Shown here: positions 48,497 through 60,075 of the stretch, piece by piece
Numbering within the stretch: position 1 is the first letter of the stretch
Layout: every line of letters starts with the position of its first letter
Origin: a virus
Reading direction: 5' to 3' (one strand)
Length of the DNA: 64,000 nt
IMG/VR virus record: IMGVR_UViG_3300012928_003129
Span: 1-64,000 of that record
Made by a program: the position numbers and the translations under genes
The notes under the pieces: generated by a model
What the model was told of the DNA's origin: nothing
What the model saw: the letters and a program-made list of their open reading frames with translations, nothing else
Database searches by the model: none

Positions 48497-49789
48497 ATGA
48501 TAAGATATACTGTAATTCCAGGAGATAATTTAACTAAAATTTCCAGAAGGTATGGAATTCCGCTTGCAGATGTTATAGAAGCAAATCCACAGATAGCGGA
48601 CCCAAACTTAATATTTCCTGGAGATATTGTTTTCATACCAAATCAGGACCAGCCAACAGAAGTAGACTTCTCTGAAGTTGAGAGATTGGTGACTCCACCT
48701 GTTGAGCCTCCTACTAAATTTATAAAAGGTTTCCATGGAAAAAGTCACAAGTCTTATAAACCATTTAAGGCAGGCCAGAATGGTTTGGGCGAAAGTAAAC
48801 TAGAGGAGCCGATTCCAATATACTTCGGCCGCCCCGGCGATGGCATTTTGACTGCCAAAGGTTTCGAGCCCGGAGTTGATAATAATACTATGATAGTATT
48901 TGGTAGGGATCGCACTGGCCTTGGAGAAGTGGATGCTTTAAAAAAAGAAGACCGAAAATCTAAATCTGGATATTCTGATTATATGGCAGCCGGCGCAATT
49001 GACATTGTTGTCGGCAGGTGCTCTCCTTTTCCTCTAAATGTAGAAGGTAAAAGTTATGGACCCCTCTTTAACACCAAGAAAGAAGTGCCGGAATTGCAAA
49101 TAGAATTATTAGAGGGTATAAATCCAGAGAACAATAATCAAGCATTTTTAGTTGGTCACCCTGGCACAATAATGGATGCATCAAGAATATATATCAGTCA
49201 AATGACAGATGTGGATGAGAATTTTGATATTCAAAAATCACTTTTCTCAACGTCAGGACTTTCAACAAGTACACAAATCAGAACGCCATGCTCAGCAATA
49301 ATGATAAAGTCAGACAAAGTTAGGCTTCATGCCCGTCAAGACATAAAAATAGTCACTGGAGGTCCCAATGAAACTGTAAATTCTCAGGGCAACGATATAA
49401 CTAATACAGCCGGCGGCATACACTTAATGGCCGGTAATAAACCGTCGCAACAACAGCCCATACCTTTAGGCTACAACCTTGTAGCTGCTTTGGAGGATTT
49501 GTCAAAAAAGATGGATCAGTTATCTGGAATTGTGTATTCTTTCGTGGACAGTCAGATGAAGTATAATAGAACTCTCGGGGATCATTATCATCAATCTCCA
49601 TTCTATGGTATTGCAACATCTCCTTCAATAACAGCTGGACCCCACTCTATAGAGACAATATTGAGCCAATTCAGTCGAGTGTCTTTTCAATTGGTAAGCT
49701 TAAAAAGGAACTTGGGCAAATATCCTAGCAAGTATTTAAAAACTGGAGCGGATAACTATATAAATAGTGATTATAACACTACAAACTAA
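48497..49789 (+). CDS. LysM-domain baseplate hub/spike-like (gp5 C-terminal-like) protein
   Basis: LysM YTVIPGDNLTKISRRYG..NPQIADPNLIFPG; beta-rich SAIMIKSDKVRLHAR; late H-x-H motif. Confidence 0.7.
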   Translation: MIRYTVIPGDNLTKISRRYGIPLADVIEANPQIADPNLIFPGDIVFIPNQDQPTEVDFSEVERLVTPPVEPPTKFIKGFHGKSHKSYKPFKAGQNGLGESKLEEPIPIYFGRPGDGILTAKGFEPGVDNNTMIVFGRDRTGLGEVDALKKEDRKSKSGYSDYMAAGAIDIVVGRCSPFPLNVEGKSYGPLFNTKKEVPELQIELLEGINPENNNQAFLVGHPGTIMDASRIYISQMTDVDENFDIQKSLFSTSGLSTSTQIRTPCSAIMIKSDKVRLHARQDIKIVTGGPNETVNSQGNDITNTAGGIHLMAGNKPSQQQPIPLGYNLVAALEDLSKKMDQLSGIVYSFVDSQMKYNRTLGDHYHQSPFYGIATSPSITAGPHSIETILSQFSRVSFQLVSLKRNLGKYPSKYLKTGADNYINSDYNTTN

Positions 49790-49807
49790 TATACAAAAGG
49801 TCAAGAT

Positions 49808-52800
49808 ATGCCATCAAGATTAGAAGAAATATTCATCATAACATCAAATACAGATTATTTGCCTTTCTTTACCAGGCACTTTGGTGAAAACGGTCGTGAT
49901 ATAGCAGCAGTAAAGTTGGCCCTTGGAACTGCTTACACAACAACCCTAGATGGAGAGGTACCAGAGGATAACACTATTGGTACCTCATGGTTTCAATGCG
50001 GTTCAGACGGTGAAATATCTGCGCATAAGTTAAGGCAGTTTGATAAAAGATTAAAATTAGATCTGATGGCATTTCAAATGAAACATCACTTTGTAATTTT
50101 AAGTTATTATTTTGAAAAATATGCAGCATATGAAATACAAACACAACAAGAATTACCAGCAAAAGTTACGGCCTCTTTAGATTTATTCGACGCTGAATTT
50201 GGAAGTATCGGAGAAGGGACACTTGCAGTTTTGCATGGTTGGCGACCAAATAGTGTAATATACAATGAGTCGTTTGTGACAGATTATGAAAGAATTCTGG
50301 ATGAAGTACCCAAAGAAATTCATGAACTAATAGAAAGACAACTTATAACAACTCCAGACCCAGCAGTAATAGCTGATTTTATAAAGTTTGCAAACCCAGC
50401 ATATCAAGAGCATGCGGAATACTTTAATAACAACAACCACGCAGGCAAACAGCTTGCCTCAAGACTATCTCTTACATCACAAAACTCTCCTGTGTATGCA
50501 GTGTATAAGTCATTTTCAACATCTTCGAACATAAAGCAGAGCGCGCTTTATGTCGCAGCCACAAGCATTATGTCAAGCAATGTTGAGAGGACACCTCAAG
50601 AGCTTTCGGTTTCAGATCGATTCCGGGCACTATCTCCAATGTTGGAGCCGGATCACTTGTCAGATCCAGATCCCTTCGACATTAGTGTAGATAAGATAGG
50701 CTTCTTTGACAGAACTGAATTCACTTTAGAACAGTTACCAGATTTTTCGGATCCCTCTATTCATGATATTAGAAAAATGGAAGATCAAGCTTTTGCAAAA
50801 GTATTGGAGTTCTATAATAAACCTTTGGTGTGGAATATGCATGAGGACCTTCGAGATAATGATATTTTGGTTTTTGAAGATGATGAATCCGAACAAGCAT
50901 ACCAAGAGGATAGGGAAAACTATAGAGTAACTACATTACATACAAGACAGAAATATGAAGTTGAAATTGATGGAACTGTTGCTTTTTATAAAAAGAATCT
51001 AAAATCTTTAAATTTAGATAGTCCCATAAAATTTATAGAATTCAGAACACCGTCCTTAAGGCCAGGAGACGTTTATAGGGCATATTTTGAAATATCAAGA
51101 AGATTTATTGACAGAATCGAAACTGGTCTTTTTAGGTTTGACTTACAGCAAGCAGCCGCTATTTCGTCTTCAAATCAATCTGCTATGGACGATCTTCAAA
51201 CAGAAGTAGAATCAACCTATTGTGCTGATTCCGAATCAACTGGAGAATTAGCAAAAATTAAATTTGAAAATTATAAAGCATTTGCAATGAAAAAGAAGTT
51301 GGAGATTTCTAGAGAAATTAGAAACAAGTCCATTCTCGCCGCGGCCGGCAGAAATTTAGATGGTTCTAATTTGGACTTGGGAGTTTTTGGGAATATACCT
51401 GTGTTAAATCTTTTAGACGATGTGTCATATAATACTGATGATGTTCTTGCGCAAATAGGAACAGCAGCTTCAAATTATGTTAATCGAAAACTACCTCCAG
51501 CACCATCAAGTAATCCATTGTCCATTCATTTAAGCGATTTAGAGCTGGGAATAGCACAACTTGTAGACATGTTTAGGAGTGAGCAGGTAAGTAAAGATAT
51601 TTCACAATTTAAAATAAAAAATTCAGTTTTAAAATTAGATCTAAATAAAGAGGCAGAATTATTATCGCCTTTGCCTGGTCTCATAAAATCTCTAATCTCT
51701 ATTAATGAAACTTTCCGCGAAAGAGTAAAGAGTTCATCAAAAAGCATAGAAGATATACTAGAAGCAAAAAGGGAAAAACTATTTTCAGGCTCTACTGGTA
51801 CAAAAATATTAATTAAGTTTTCTGACGTTAATAATTCAGTTCAAATAACAGAAATATTTGTAGATTCATCTGATCCAAATGTTGGCAAAGTCAAGGTGTT
51901 CGCATCTGACGGATCCTATGAAAATTTGCAAGGACCTCTTACAAATTCACGAACCTTAAATTATTTAAAGAACATATACAATTTGATACCACTAGGAATA
52001 GATAATTGGCAACAAGCATTGGAGCAGCTAGTAGGTCTTGGAAGTTCACCATGTGAAGATTCTGGGTCTCCAATTACTACTGGCGCCGGATTAATAATGA
52101 GATACACTATACATAGTGACGGTACACCAATGGAGTTCGAAAATGATGGGTCTCCCTACAACCCATCTCACGATTTTATTAATGACCTCAAACAAAGAGA
52201 AGAGATAAAGAGAATTGGAGAAATTTTTGATAATGATCGAGAAAAAGACATATCTTGGGGTATTGATGAGGCTCTGCCTGTGGTGGGATCAGTATGCACT
52301 ATAGATGAACTTTACAGGGACTTTATAAATAAAAAGAACCTCTCGAAGTTGTTGTGTGATTTTGTTGCTTGTGCGAACATTCCAGGGGTGAACATTCAGC
52401 TTCCAAACCTTAAATTGCCGGAGATACCTGACATACCAATATTTCAGTACTCAGGGTTGGACTTTTCGGAGCTTTTTGAACAACTCGACGCATTGGCTTT
52501 GAGAATGGTTTGTGCAATTGTTAAAAATTTGTTAGATATTTTAAATTCACCACTGTGCAAAGAACAACTGGTAAGAGATTTATATGGAGCAGCATCAGAT
52601 ACGAGCCCAGATATTAAAAGGGCTTTTGCATCTGCAATGGTAGAAACAGGAGTTTCCCCAGATAAAAATTCTAATGTTTCAAGCTTAATAGATGATTTGG
52701 TAAATTTCTTAACACCCAGAGAACTGTGTGCGCTGCTACAAGGTCAACCAGTCAATAGACAGGTATACAATATTATACAAAACTTAGCAAAAAACTACAA

Positions 52801-55800
52801 TCTAGAATCTGAACTTGACAGTAAGGAGAAGATACTAATTTTATTCGAATCAATAGGTATCTACATCCCAGAGAACATATGTAGCCGTCTAGCACAGACC
52901 GATAACTTATTAGGGACCCAAGGTTGCAGCGACACTTCTGATTTGTTAACAAGAATACGAAACGCTGCAACTAGGGGCGAGGTTGAAGAAAGTAGGGTCG
53001 CAGAAGCTGTCGCTCAAGTAGAAAAAAGTATCATGGATAAAACAAAAGCTTTTCAATTACTGACAGGAGAGATGAGTTTACAGGACATGATACCAGAAGT
53101 CGATACTACAGAAATATCAAATAGTCCAGCGCTTCAGGAATCTTCAAAATTAGCATTAGAAGCATCCTTATCTGTCGTAAAAAGGAGCTATATATCTTCT
53201 TTAACTAATTTTACACCTTCCTTGTTTTTAGATATGTCATCGCTGGTGAATATAGATAGTGAAGAATACGATCCGATTGCTACAATGAGGTTTTTGAGAG
53301 CTACTAATAATCTACAAAAGATTGCTACTTTTAACTTAGCAGACGTAGATTTCTCCAGACAAGGCTTGACTCTTTATTTAAGAAGAACTCTATTCCGTCT
53401 TTGTGATGATTATGAAAAAGTAAAATATAGAGACTTTGAAATCTATAAAAGTCAATTAAACCCAGTAAGTAGAGAGGAATTAACACAACCAGACGCCGCG
53501 CAACAGACAGCCAATAATAGACGAGAAAGCGCCCTCTCTCCAGGAAATGACACAGATCCGTATGCGGGCATAACAACACCCTTGAAGGGTTCTTTATTTT
53601 ATGGAGAAGATCTTTCGAATGAACTCATTGATAGTGGAATAACTGGACTTTTAGGCTCACTTGCGGAACATGATCAAGCATCTTTGTTGGACAATTCTTT
53701 GAGACTTGAATACGCTGCAATATTTGATTACTTGTTTCCTTTATTTTTAGAGGTCCCTCGCGACCCCACTGGTGAAAACCCCGGCTCAAAAACAGAAGTT
53801 GTTAATACATGGCCTAATTTAGATCCTTTTGCAGCTAATAGATTCCTCGGTAGCGTCGGTACCGCCGGCGCCGGAAATGACGGCCACGGTGAAGACGAAT
53901 CTAATAGGGCCTTGAATATATCTTATTTACAAGCTATTAAGAAAGTTATAGACAGGTACCAAAGAGATATTCAAGAGACAATAGAGCCTGTTTTTAGAGT
54001 AGTTAGGGATAATAAATTTCTAGAAGTTATAAGAGATTTCTATAATATAGAACTGGAAGCACAAAGAGAAGAAAGAGAAGAGGATGAGGAAGATTTAGAT
54101 ATCGGAACAGTGCAGCTAATAAAAACATCTTTGATAACAGCTGGTCAAAGTGTGGTGCTAGAGCATCCCGCATTCGGCCTTATGCAGACTGAGATGAACG
54201 ATATAACATTAAATTCTTCAACTATAAGTAATCGAACAAGGATTGATGATGGGTTTTTTCTAGGAACAACTGAACAACCAATCAATGAAATACTTTTATG
54301 TGAACAAGTTCCAGAGGAATATAGAGGACTTTTCAATCAAGGAACGCAAAACAACCCACTTAGAAGAAAGGTTTTCCAACAGCAAATAACTGACCAAGCA
54401 AAAAAATATTATTTGGATTATTTTTTAAACGGTATGCCTGATTTTGAGGACATTAATAATGTTGAAAATTTAGAGTCTTTGCACTTGGCACAATATGAGG
54501 AAGTCCTAGAGGGCACCATTGAACAATTGGTTTCTTATATGGGTGGTTCTAGATTATTTGAAGATACAGAATATTTGCAAAGATTAGATTCAAAACTAAG
54601 ATCCAGACCGTACTTTTCGTCTGGAGATGGCACTGATGGTTGCGAAACCATTGGCTTGGTAAATGAAAGCGGCTTTTTATCACAAGGTCCCGTAAAGTTT
54701 GATGATTTGGTAACAAATTTTTTCCCTGGTATGTATGCAAAAGAGTTAATGGATCCTAGAAATTCTATGTATAATCTGGACTACTCAAAACCCGGCGCAT
54801 TTGAAAAGGCCATAATCTCAACAATATTAAGAGGCTACATCCGTGTAACTTGTTTGGAGGCTTTGATAAAAGGGGCTATTGCATACAGTACATGGGACAT
54901 TGATTTTGTAAAATCAGATCCGTTATTTTTTGAATATATTTCAAGACTGGTAGAAAACTCTATAGAAAATGAACAAGGCTTCCAAAGGTATCCTATTTTG
55001 CTCGACGAAGCATTTTCAAAAATTGCTAATACAAACAACCGCCCGGTTGCTATAAGAAGCATAATCAGAAAAGAGTTAGATAGTTATGTTGGTGTTTTAT
55101 CAAAAATTTTATTTGAAAACAAGGTTGATGTAGATTACAACAACTGGTTTCTAAATAAAATGCAGCTAGTAAATGCACCCTACAAAAGAACTACGGACCA
55201 TCAGTGGGTTTCTGAGCTTGTGGAATCTGATATAAATCAATATCGGAAAAATTCATTCACTTACTTGGAGAGGTATATAAGAACAAACGGCCGCTTTGAG
55301 TTAACCCTTGGTCCTATGCCTGGTCTAGCAGAAAGACAAAGACAAGCGTTATTTGACTTTATTGGGTACCCAACTAACTCGATTGGGCTTCCATATCATC
55401 ATTCTCTCGTATGGAAGCTATATCAAGAATTACAAGTACCTTTAAAGCTTGATATACCAACAGAAGAGGAATTATTGGGCTTTGAAATAGGAGATGATAA
55501 TAATATTCAAGAAACTACATCAATTATTGAAGACCCCGATCAATGGCCAGAAAAAGAATTATGGTCTCTTGAAGATTTTTCTAGTCTACTTTCTGGCATA
55601 TATGCCAACAACATTGGTGTAGAAAGATTTGTTTTTCATTTGTTGAAAAAGTTTTATGACGTAGATGGTACACGGCCCTATTGGCATGGTAAGCCAAAAA
55701 GTTTAAAAGAAAGAGCCCCAATAAGAATTATAAAAAGAAAGAGACAGTACTTTCGAATATCCGAAAATGATCTTTTCAGTTCAAAATTTAAAGAAGACTT

Positions 55801-58800
55801 TGAGCCAGTAGTTAAGGGTGAGTTCATCCCCGATGGTTCTGAGATGGTACCTCCTCAACCACGAACAAAAGATTCTGCACAATATTATAATACTATTTCT
55901 GGCGAACACCTTGGTGGCGCGCGCCATTCATCTGACGGCTCAATTAGTATATCAGAAACCATTGAATATGAACCTAGGCATTATATACTCGCTACAAACC
56001 CAGAATCTTTCCAAGATGACGGCTTCAGACCGCACCAAACATACGCCCCTCGCGCCCGTTACGGCGGCGGCAGCGCCGGCGAAGGCGTATTCGGCCAGTT
56101 CAATGCTCCATCGCGTGGATTGTCCCCGTCTGTTAATGTAAATAATTCTGTTTGGGAATCGATGCCAGAGGTGCTAGAGGAAAATCTAACTGTTGATAGT
56201 ATACATGTTTTAGCCGGAGGCTCGGAGTCTTTTGTGCCACAGGCAATTAGATCCAAAAATGTTTTTATAAACAAGGCAGGAAAAATAACTCAAGAGCAGT
56301 ACGACAATATATCTGATATTCTTCGCGATGATATAGAGGAAGAAATTTGGGAAGAATATATCATTGATTTAACAGATTATGCATCTCCTATCTTCACTCA
56401 ACCGGGAGAATCTGGCTATAATCCAGTTGAGGAACTTTCCGAAGGTCAGAAAACCTCACTGGGTAATCGCCTTCAAGAAGCGTTACGGCTTATCCCCAAA
56501 CGAGGCGATGATCTGGGCCCAAGGTACGACGAACAAAGAAACATAGTAATTTGGGACCAATGCGGAACAGGAGAAGAGCCTAATCCCCCAACACCGCAAC
56601 CATCACAGGTCTTAAGGACAACTACAGACACACTATGCACAGACTCTGGCATGCCATCTGTTACAACAGCCGCTCCAGTAAGAGGAATCGGCTTTATCAG
56701 TAAAGAAGACGGCCTGGAAGATGCCCCTACCGGTATTGGTGTTCCTATCCCATCTGCTGGTTATGCATATTATGATAATAACCTGTCGCTCGATTTTCAG
56801 CCCGGAGTCGCGGCACAGATAGACGGCTCCCGGGAAATCGACTTGGGGATATATGTTTTAAATGAAAAATCACAACATATCATTGGTGAGAACGAATACA
56901 AAATACCACTGAGACTACTAATAACACAAGTAAAAGATTCTAGTGGAAATATAAAGGAGTGTTTCGTTAGGTACCTTATTCCAGAAGTGGCCACCTTTGG
57001 GAAAGAAGATGAATCCGGAAAGCGCGCTGAGTATTTGAAAGAGGCAACTTCTGAGGCGATAGGATCATATATAGATTTTCACCATGACGCGTTTCAGAGG
57101 TTAGAGTTTGATGATAACTTAGCCGCGGAAAGAATGAGAACCTGGAACAACTGGTCCCGCGCTACCGCAGATGTCAGCCAAGACCCAAATACCGATCTCG
57201 AACGAAACATGTGGCGCCACTTTGCGGTAAACTGGGCAATGGGAAGAAGAACTGACCAAAGAGAACAAACCGGCGGTGCAGTCCCAGTGTTCTTAAGGTC
57301 GCAACGCTTCATGGGCGCCGGCAGAAACTCGATGGGTTGTGCTGTGCTCACTACAGAAAAGATATGGTCACAAGCTTCAAATAAAGAAGCTAGAGCAAAT
57401 ACAGGGCATTTTGCAATTGATGCAAATGAAGATGAACATTCAGTTTTTGATGAATTTTTCAAATATAATCCTGGACATTTACTTAGAAGAGAACAACCTG
57501 ATCTTGGAGTTATCGGAAATGATATTAATCAGTTTATAGCAAGGTTCAAAAATTCACAGCCCGACAGCATCGATGCGACTGAAGAACAACAAGAGCTTTT
57601 AGCAAGAAAATATTTCAGCTATGCCCAAGCTTCACGGCATCATTTTTATCAGAAAAGTGTTTCGTCAATATTGGAAAGTCGTGATGAATCCGTCCTATCA
57701 ATAGGAAACTTGGTGTCATGGTTTTCCCAACGTCGCGTGGATGGTTTTTATGGGGCAACGTCTAAGGATGTCAAAGGCCCATTTTCAAAAACAAGCCAAC
57801 AAAGAGGAATTACTTGTAATCCTGCAGGAGAACTTGCTACAAATCAAACCAACCTGGAGAAAACAGTTTACAGGACAGAGGCGGCAGATTATGATTGTGG
57901 CCCATCTTTATTCTATGGAGATAACAGAAACCTGCCAGAATTTTTTATATCCGAAGCTGCACGCCGATTAAAAGACAACGGCATGCCCGATACACTTAAC
58001 AACTTTACTCTCAACAGTGTGATTCGAGGCTATAGAAATCAAAATGCTTACAAAGTTAATGTATCTACTTTTAGAGATCTCACCACCGGTGGCGATATAG
58101 GGGTACTACACACGACCGTCAATATGAATGAGGACTATCAGGCTCGGCTTGAAAAAAAGAAAACTTTGGTAACTTTACACTCAAACCCCCAGGATGTAGC
58201 GATTGGATTGAATGAACTGGATCGCCGCATGGGGTCTACCGATAATCCTCTTGAGCCCAATAATAACGGAACAATATCGCTTGGCGGTGGTGGTTTTGAT
58301 CAGATTGCTGAAAATGAATTTGAAATGCCCGTTGCCCCCAATGGCGGTGGCCACCACTTTGTTAAAATATCACAAGATCAAGAATCTTCATATAACTTAT
58401 CTCCAGTGTACTCAGACCGACCTACAATGTTGATAGATGGTATTTTTCACAATCCAAAGATCGATGATTTGTTTGACCCGTGGTACCAGCGACACCAATC
58501 CGAAAATCTCCGCGACACGCAACCAGCAAGATATTATAGTAGTAATGACACTCTTATAAGTGAAATTGATAACGCATCTAAATTTTTACAAGAAGCGGGA
58601 AATTTCAATAATCCGGTTACACGACAATATTTAGAAACAATCATCGACCGCTATTCTGAGAACTTTAATGATGCGCTGAGATATGCGGATATATTATTGG
58701 AAGAGCTTTCAAAATTACTCTCAGGCATTGATCCTAGAGCCGCAGAGTTGGTATCTCAACTTGATGCACGACACGGTATAAGGTTAAATCTTGTACTAGA

Positions 58801-60034
58801 TCATGATTTGAAAACTTCAGATAATTCAATTTTATCACCAGCTAGATTTATAGAGAAATTGTTTTCTGAAGATACTGAAATAGGTGAAGAAGAAAGAACT
58901 GGAAGGATATTTTATGAAAAATCTAGCTCTGAAGATGAAGATGAAACATCGTATGAAAAGTACATTTCTATACCAATAGCGAGTCACGAAATGGAATTGC
59001 GTACATCAGACATATGTATACCAAACGCGCTAACTACATTTGAAGATATTAAAAATACTATAATTGCAAGAGACCCAATTATGCTAACAGGCCTCTCTAA
59101 AGAACAAAAGTTTAAATCTTTCTATGAATTTGGAATACCTTATAGACGACTGGCTTCGCTATTGACAGTACATAGTACATCAATGTTGGCAGGATACAAC
59201 ACCATGCCTTCAGTTTTGACTTCTACAAAATCTTCTTTGGCTTCAGTATTTTTGGTAATGGCTCAGCGAGACAATTTTGAAGCATCAATGGGCAAGCAAT
59301 TTGGGACAAATTTCAATAATGCAGATATATTAAGTGCACTTGGGGAGCAGTTTCCCGCCGGCGGTGAGCCACCAGATTGCTTTAATTTAGATGGTCTGAA
59401 TGGGGATTGGTTTAAATTGATAGGGGAAATGGTAGCGAACTTTATAAAATATTTCCCATCAGTAATTTTTAGAGGAGTCGCTGATCAGTTGGATCCCGCA
59501 TACAAAGAAATGAAAAGTCACTTTTATGCCTGTGAAATACCTAGATTGAATCAATCATCTTTAGGTTTCCGCGGCGGGGAAGATAAAACTCCTTTTGGTT
59601 TGAGAGGAAAAACACCTGGTCAAAAAAGTTACATACCAGTGAATACCGGTTTTCCCATAGACTTGTCAATTGGGTTGGCCAGAATGTTGAATCCGTTTCA
59701 AACAGACGGTGGCGTATACTTAGGTAAATCCATAAACAGGCTGACATCATACGTCATAGGGGGTCCAGCTCAGTTGTTGGACGGTAGCTATGCATTTCAG
59801 ATTCCGTGTCAAGAAGCAAGTTCTGGAAGGTTTAGAGATTGGGAGAACGCCCCTTGGGCAAATATTGGGACATATGGTAGATACGGGCACCCTTTAAGTT
59901 TATTTACTTTATTGGCGCTACCAACTTACGAGCTGCCAAGAGATAATGAATACAGAAACCAAGCCTGTACTAGAGAAAGGTTACGAGAAGATGGTATAGA
60001 TCCTACAGCTATAGTTTGTTCTGATGAGGAATAA
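49808..60034 (+). CDS. 3408-aa giant protein, probably virion/baseplate associated
   Basis: Uninterrupted ORF between the gp5-like and gp25-like genes. Confidence 0.75.
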   Translation: MPSRLEEIFIITSNTDYLPFFTRHFGENGRDIAAVKLALGTAYTTTLDGEVPEDNTIGTSWFQCGSDGEISAHKLRQFDKRLKLDLMAFQMKHHFVILSYYFEKYAAYEIQTQQELPAKVTASLDLFDAEFGSIGEGTLAVLHGWRPNSVIYNESFVTDYERILDEVPKEIHELIERQLITTPDPAVIADFIKFANPAYQEHAEYFNNNNHAGKQLASRLSLTSQNSPVYAVYKSFSTSSNIKQSALYVAATSIMSSNVERTPQELSVSDRFRALSPMLEPDHLSDPDPFDISVDKIGFFDRTEFTLEQLPDFSDPSIHDIRKMEDQAFAKVLEFYNKPLVWNMHEDLRDNDILVFEDDESEQAYQEDRENYRVTTLHTRQKYEVEIDGTVAFYKKNLKSLNLDSPIKFIEFRTPSLRPGDVYRAYFEISRRFIDRIETGLFRFDLQQAAAISSSNQSAMDDLQTEVESTYCADSESTGELAKIKFENYKAFAMKKKLEISREIRNKSILAAAGRNLDGSNLDLGVFGNIPVLNLLDDVSYNTDDVLAQIGTAASNYVNRKLPPAPSSNPLSIHLSDLELGIAQLVDMFRSEQVSKDISQFKIKNSVLKLDLNKEAELLSPLPGLIKSLISINETFRERVKSSSKSIEDILEAKREKLFSGSTGTKILIKFSDVNNSVQITEIFVDSSDPNVGKVKVFASDGSYENLQGPLTNSRTLNYLKNIYNLIPLGIDNWQQALEQLVGLGSSPCEDSGSPITTGAGLIMRYTIHSDGTPMEFENDGSPYNPSHDFINDLKQREEIKRIGEIFDNDREKDISWGIDEALPVVGSVCTIDELYRDFINKKNLSKLLCDFVACANIPGVNIQLPNLKLPEIPDIPIFQYSGLDFSELFEQLDALALRMVCAIVKNLLDILNSPLCKEQLVRDLYGAASDTSPDIKRAFASAMVETGVSPDKNSNVSSLIDDLVNFLTPRELCALLQGQPVNRQVYNIIQNLAKNYNLESELDSKEKILILFESIGIYIPENICSRLAQTDNLLGTQGCSDTSDLLTRIRNAATRGEVEESRVAEAVAQVEKSIMDKTKAFQLLTGEMSLQDMIPEVDTTEISNSPALQESSKLALEASLSVVKRSYISSLTNFTPSLFLDMSSLVNIDSEEYDPIATMRFLRATNNLQKIATFNLADVDFSRQGLTLYLRRTLFRLCDDYEKVKYRDFEIYKSQLNPVSREELTQPDAAQQTANNRRESALSPGNDTDPYAGITTPLKGSLFYGEDLSNELIDSGITGLLGSLAEHDQASLLDNSLRLEYAAIFDYLFPLFLEVPRDPTGENPGSKTEVVNTWPNLDPFAANRFLGSVGTAGAGNDGHGEDESNRALNISYLQAIKKVIDRYQRDIQETIEPVFRVVRDNKFLEVIRDFYNIELEAQREEREEDEEDLDIGTVQLIKTSLITAGQSVVLEHPAFGLMQTEMNDITLNSSTISNRTRIDDGFFLGTTEQPINEILLCEQVPEEYRGLFNQGTQNNPLRRKVFQQQITDQAKKYYLDYFLNGMPDFEDINNVENLESLHLAQYEEVLEGTIEQLVSYMGGSRLFEDTEYLQRLDSKLRSRPYFSSGDGTDGCETIGLVNESGFLSQGPVKFDDLVTNFFPGMYAKELMDPRNSMYNLDYSKPGAFEKAIISTILRGYIRVTCLEALIKGAIAYSTWDIDFVKSDPLFFEYISRLVENSIENEQGFQRYPILLDEAFSKIANTNNRPVAIRSIIRKELDSYVGVLSKILFENKVDVDYNNWFLNKMQLVNAPYKRTTDHQWVSELVESDINQYRKNSFTYLERYIRTNGRFELTLGPMPGLAERQRQALFDFIGYPTNSIGLPYHHSLVWKLYQELQVPLKLDIPTEEELLGFEIGDDNNIQETTSIIEDPDQWPEKELWSLEDFSSLLSGIYANNIGVERFVFHLLKKFYDVDGTRPYWHGKPKSLKERAPIRIIKRKRQYFRISENDLFSSKFKEDFEPVVKGEFIPDGSEMVPPQPRTKDSAQYYNTISGEHLGGARHSSDGSISISETIEYEPRHYILATNPESFQDDGFRPHQTYAPRARYGGGSAGEGVFGQFNAPSRGLSPSVNVNNSVWESMPEVLEENLTVDSIHVLAGGSESFVPQAIRSKNVFINKAGKITQEQYDNISDILRDDIEEEIWEEYIIDLTDYASPIFTQPGESGYNPVEELSEGQKTSLGNRLQEALRLIPKRGDDLGPRYDEQRNIVIWDQCGTGEEPNPPTPQPSQVLRTTTDTLCTDSGMPSVTTAAPVRGIGFISKEDGLEDAPTGIGVPIPSAGYAYYDNNLSLDFQPGVAAQIDGSREIDLGIYVLNEKSQHIIGENEYKIPLRLLITQVKDSSGNIKECFVRYLIPEVATFGKEDESGKRAEYLKEATSEAIGSYIDFHHDAFQRLEFDDNLAAERMRTWNNWSRATADVSQDPNTDLERNMWRHFAVNWAMGRRTDQREQTGGAVPVFLRSQRFMGAGRNSMGCAVLTTEKIWSQASNKEARANTGHFAIDANEDEHSVFDEFFKYNPGHLLRREQPDLGVIGNDINQFIARFKNSQPDSIDATEEQQELLARKYFSYAQASRHHFYQKSVSSILESRDESVLSIGNLVSWFSQRRVDGFYGATSKDVKGPFSKTSQQRGITCNPAGELATNQTNLEKTVYRTEAADYDCGPSLFYGDNRNLPEFFISEAARRLKDNGMPDTLNNFTLNSVIRGYRNQNAYKVNVSTFRDLTTGGDIGVLHTTVNMNEDYQARLEKKKTLVTLHSNPQDVAIGLNELDRRMGSTDNPLEPNNNGTISLGGGGFDQIAENEFEMPVAPNGGGHHFVKISQDQESSYNLSPVYSDRPTMLIDGIFHNPKIDDLFDPWYQRHQSENLRDTQPARYYSSNDTLISEIDNASKFLQEAGNFNNPVTRQYLETIIDRYSENFNDALRYADILLEELSKLLSGIDPRAAELVSQLDARHGIRLNLVLDHDLKTSDNSILSPARFIEKLFSEDTEIGEEERTGRIFYEKSSSEDEDETSYEKYISIPIASHEMELRTSDICIPNALTTFEDIKNTIIARDPIMLTGLSKEQKFKSFYEFGIPYRRLASLLTVHSTSMLAGYNTMPSVLTSTKSSLASVFLVMAQRDNFEASMGKQFGTNFNNADILSALGEQFPAGGEPPDCFNLDGLNGDWFKLIGEMVANFIKYFPSVIFRGVADQLDPAYKEMKSHFYACEIPRLNQSSLGFRGGEDKTPFGLRGKTPGQKSYIPVNTGFPIDLSIGLARMLNPFQTDGGVYLGKSINRLTSYVIGGPAQLLDGSYAFQIPCQEASSGRFRDWENAPWANIGTYGRYGHPLSLFTLLALPTYELPRDNEYRNQACTRERLREDGIDPTAIVCSDEE

Positions 60035-60075
60035 ACTAGAAGATACTATTTATATTTAGAAAGAGGCTTATAACG

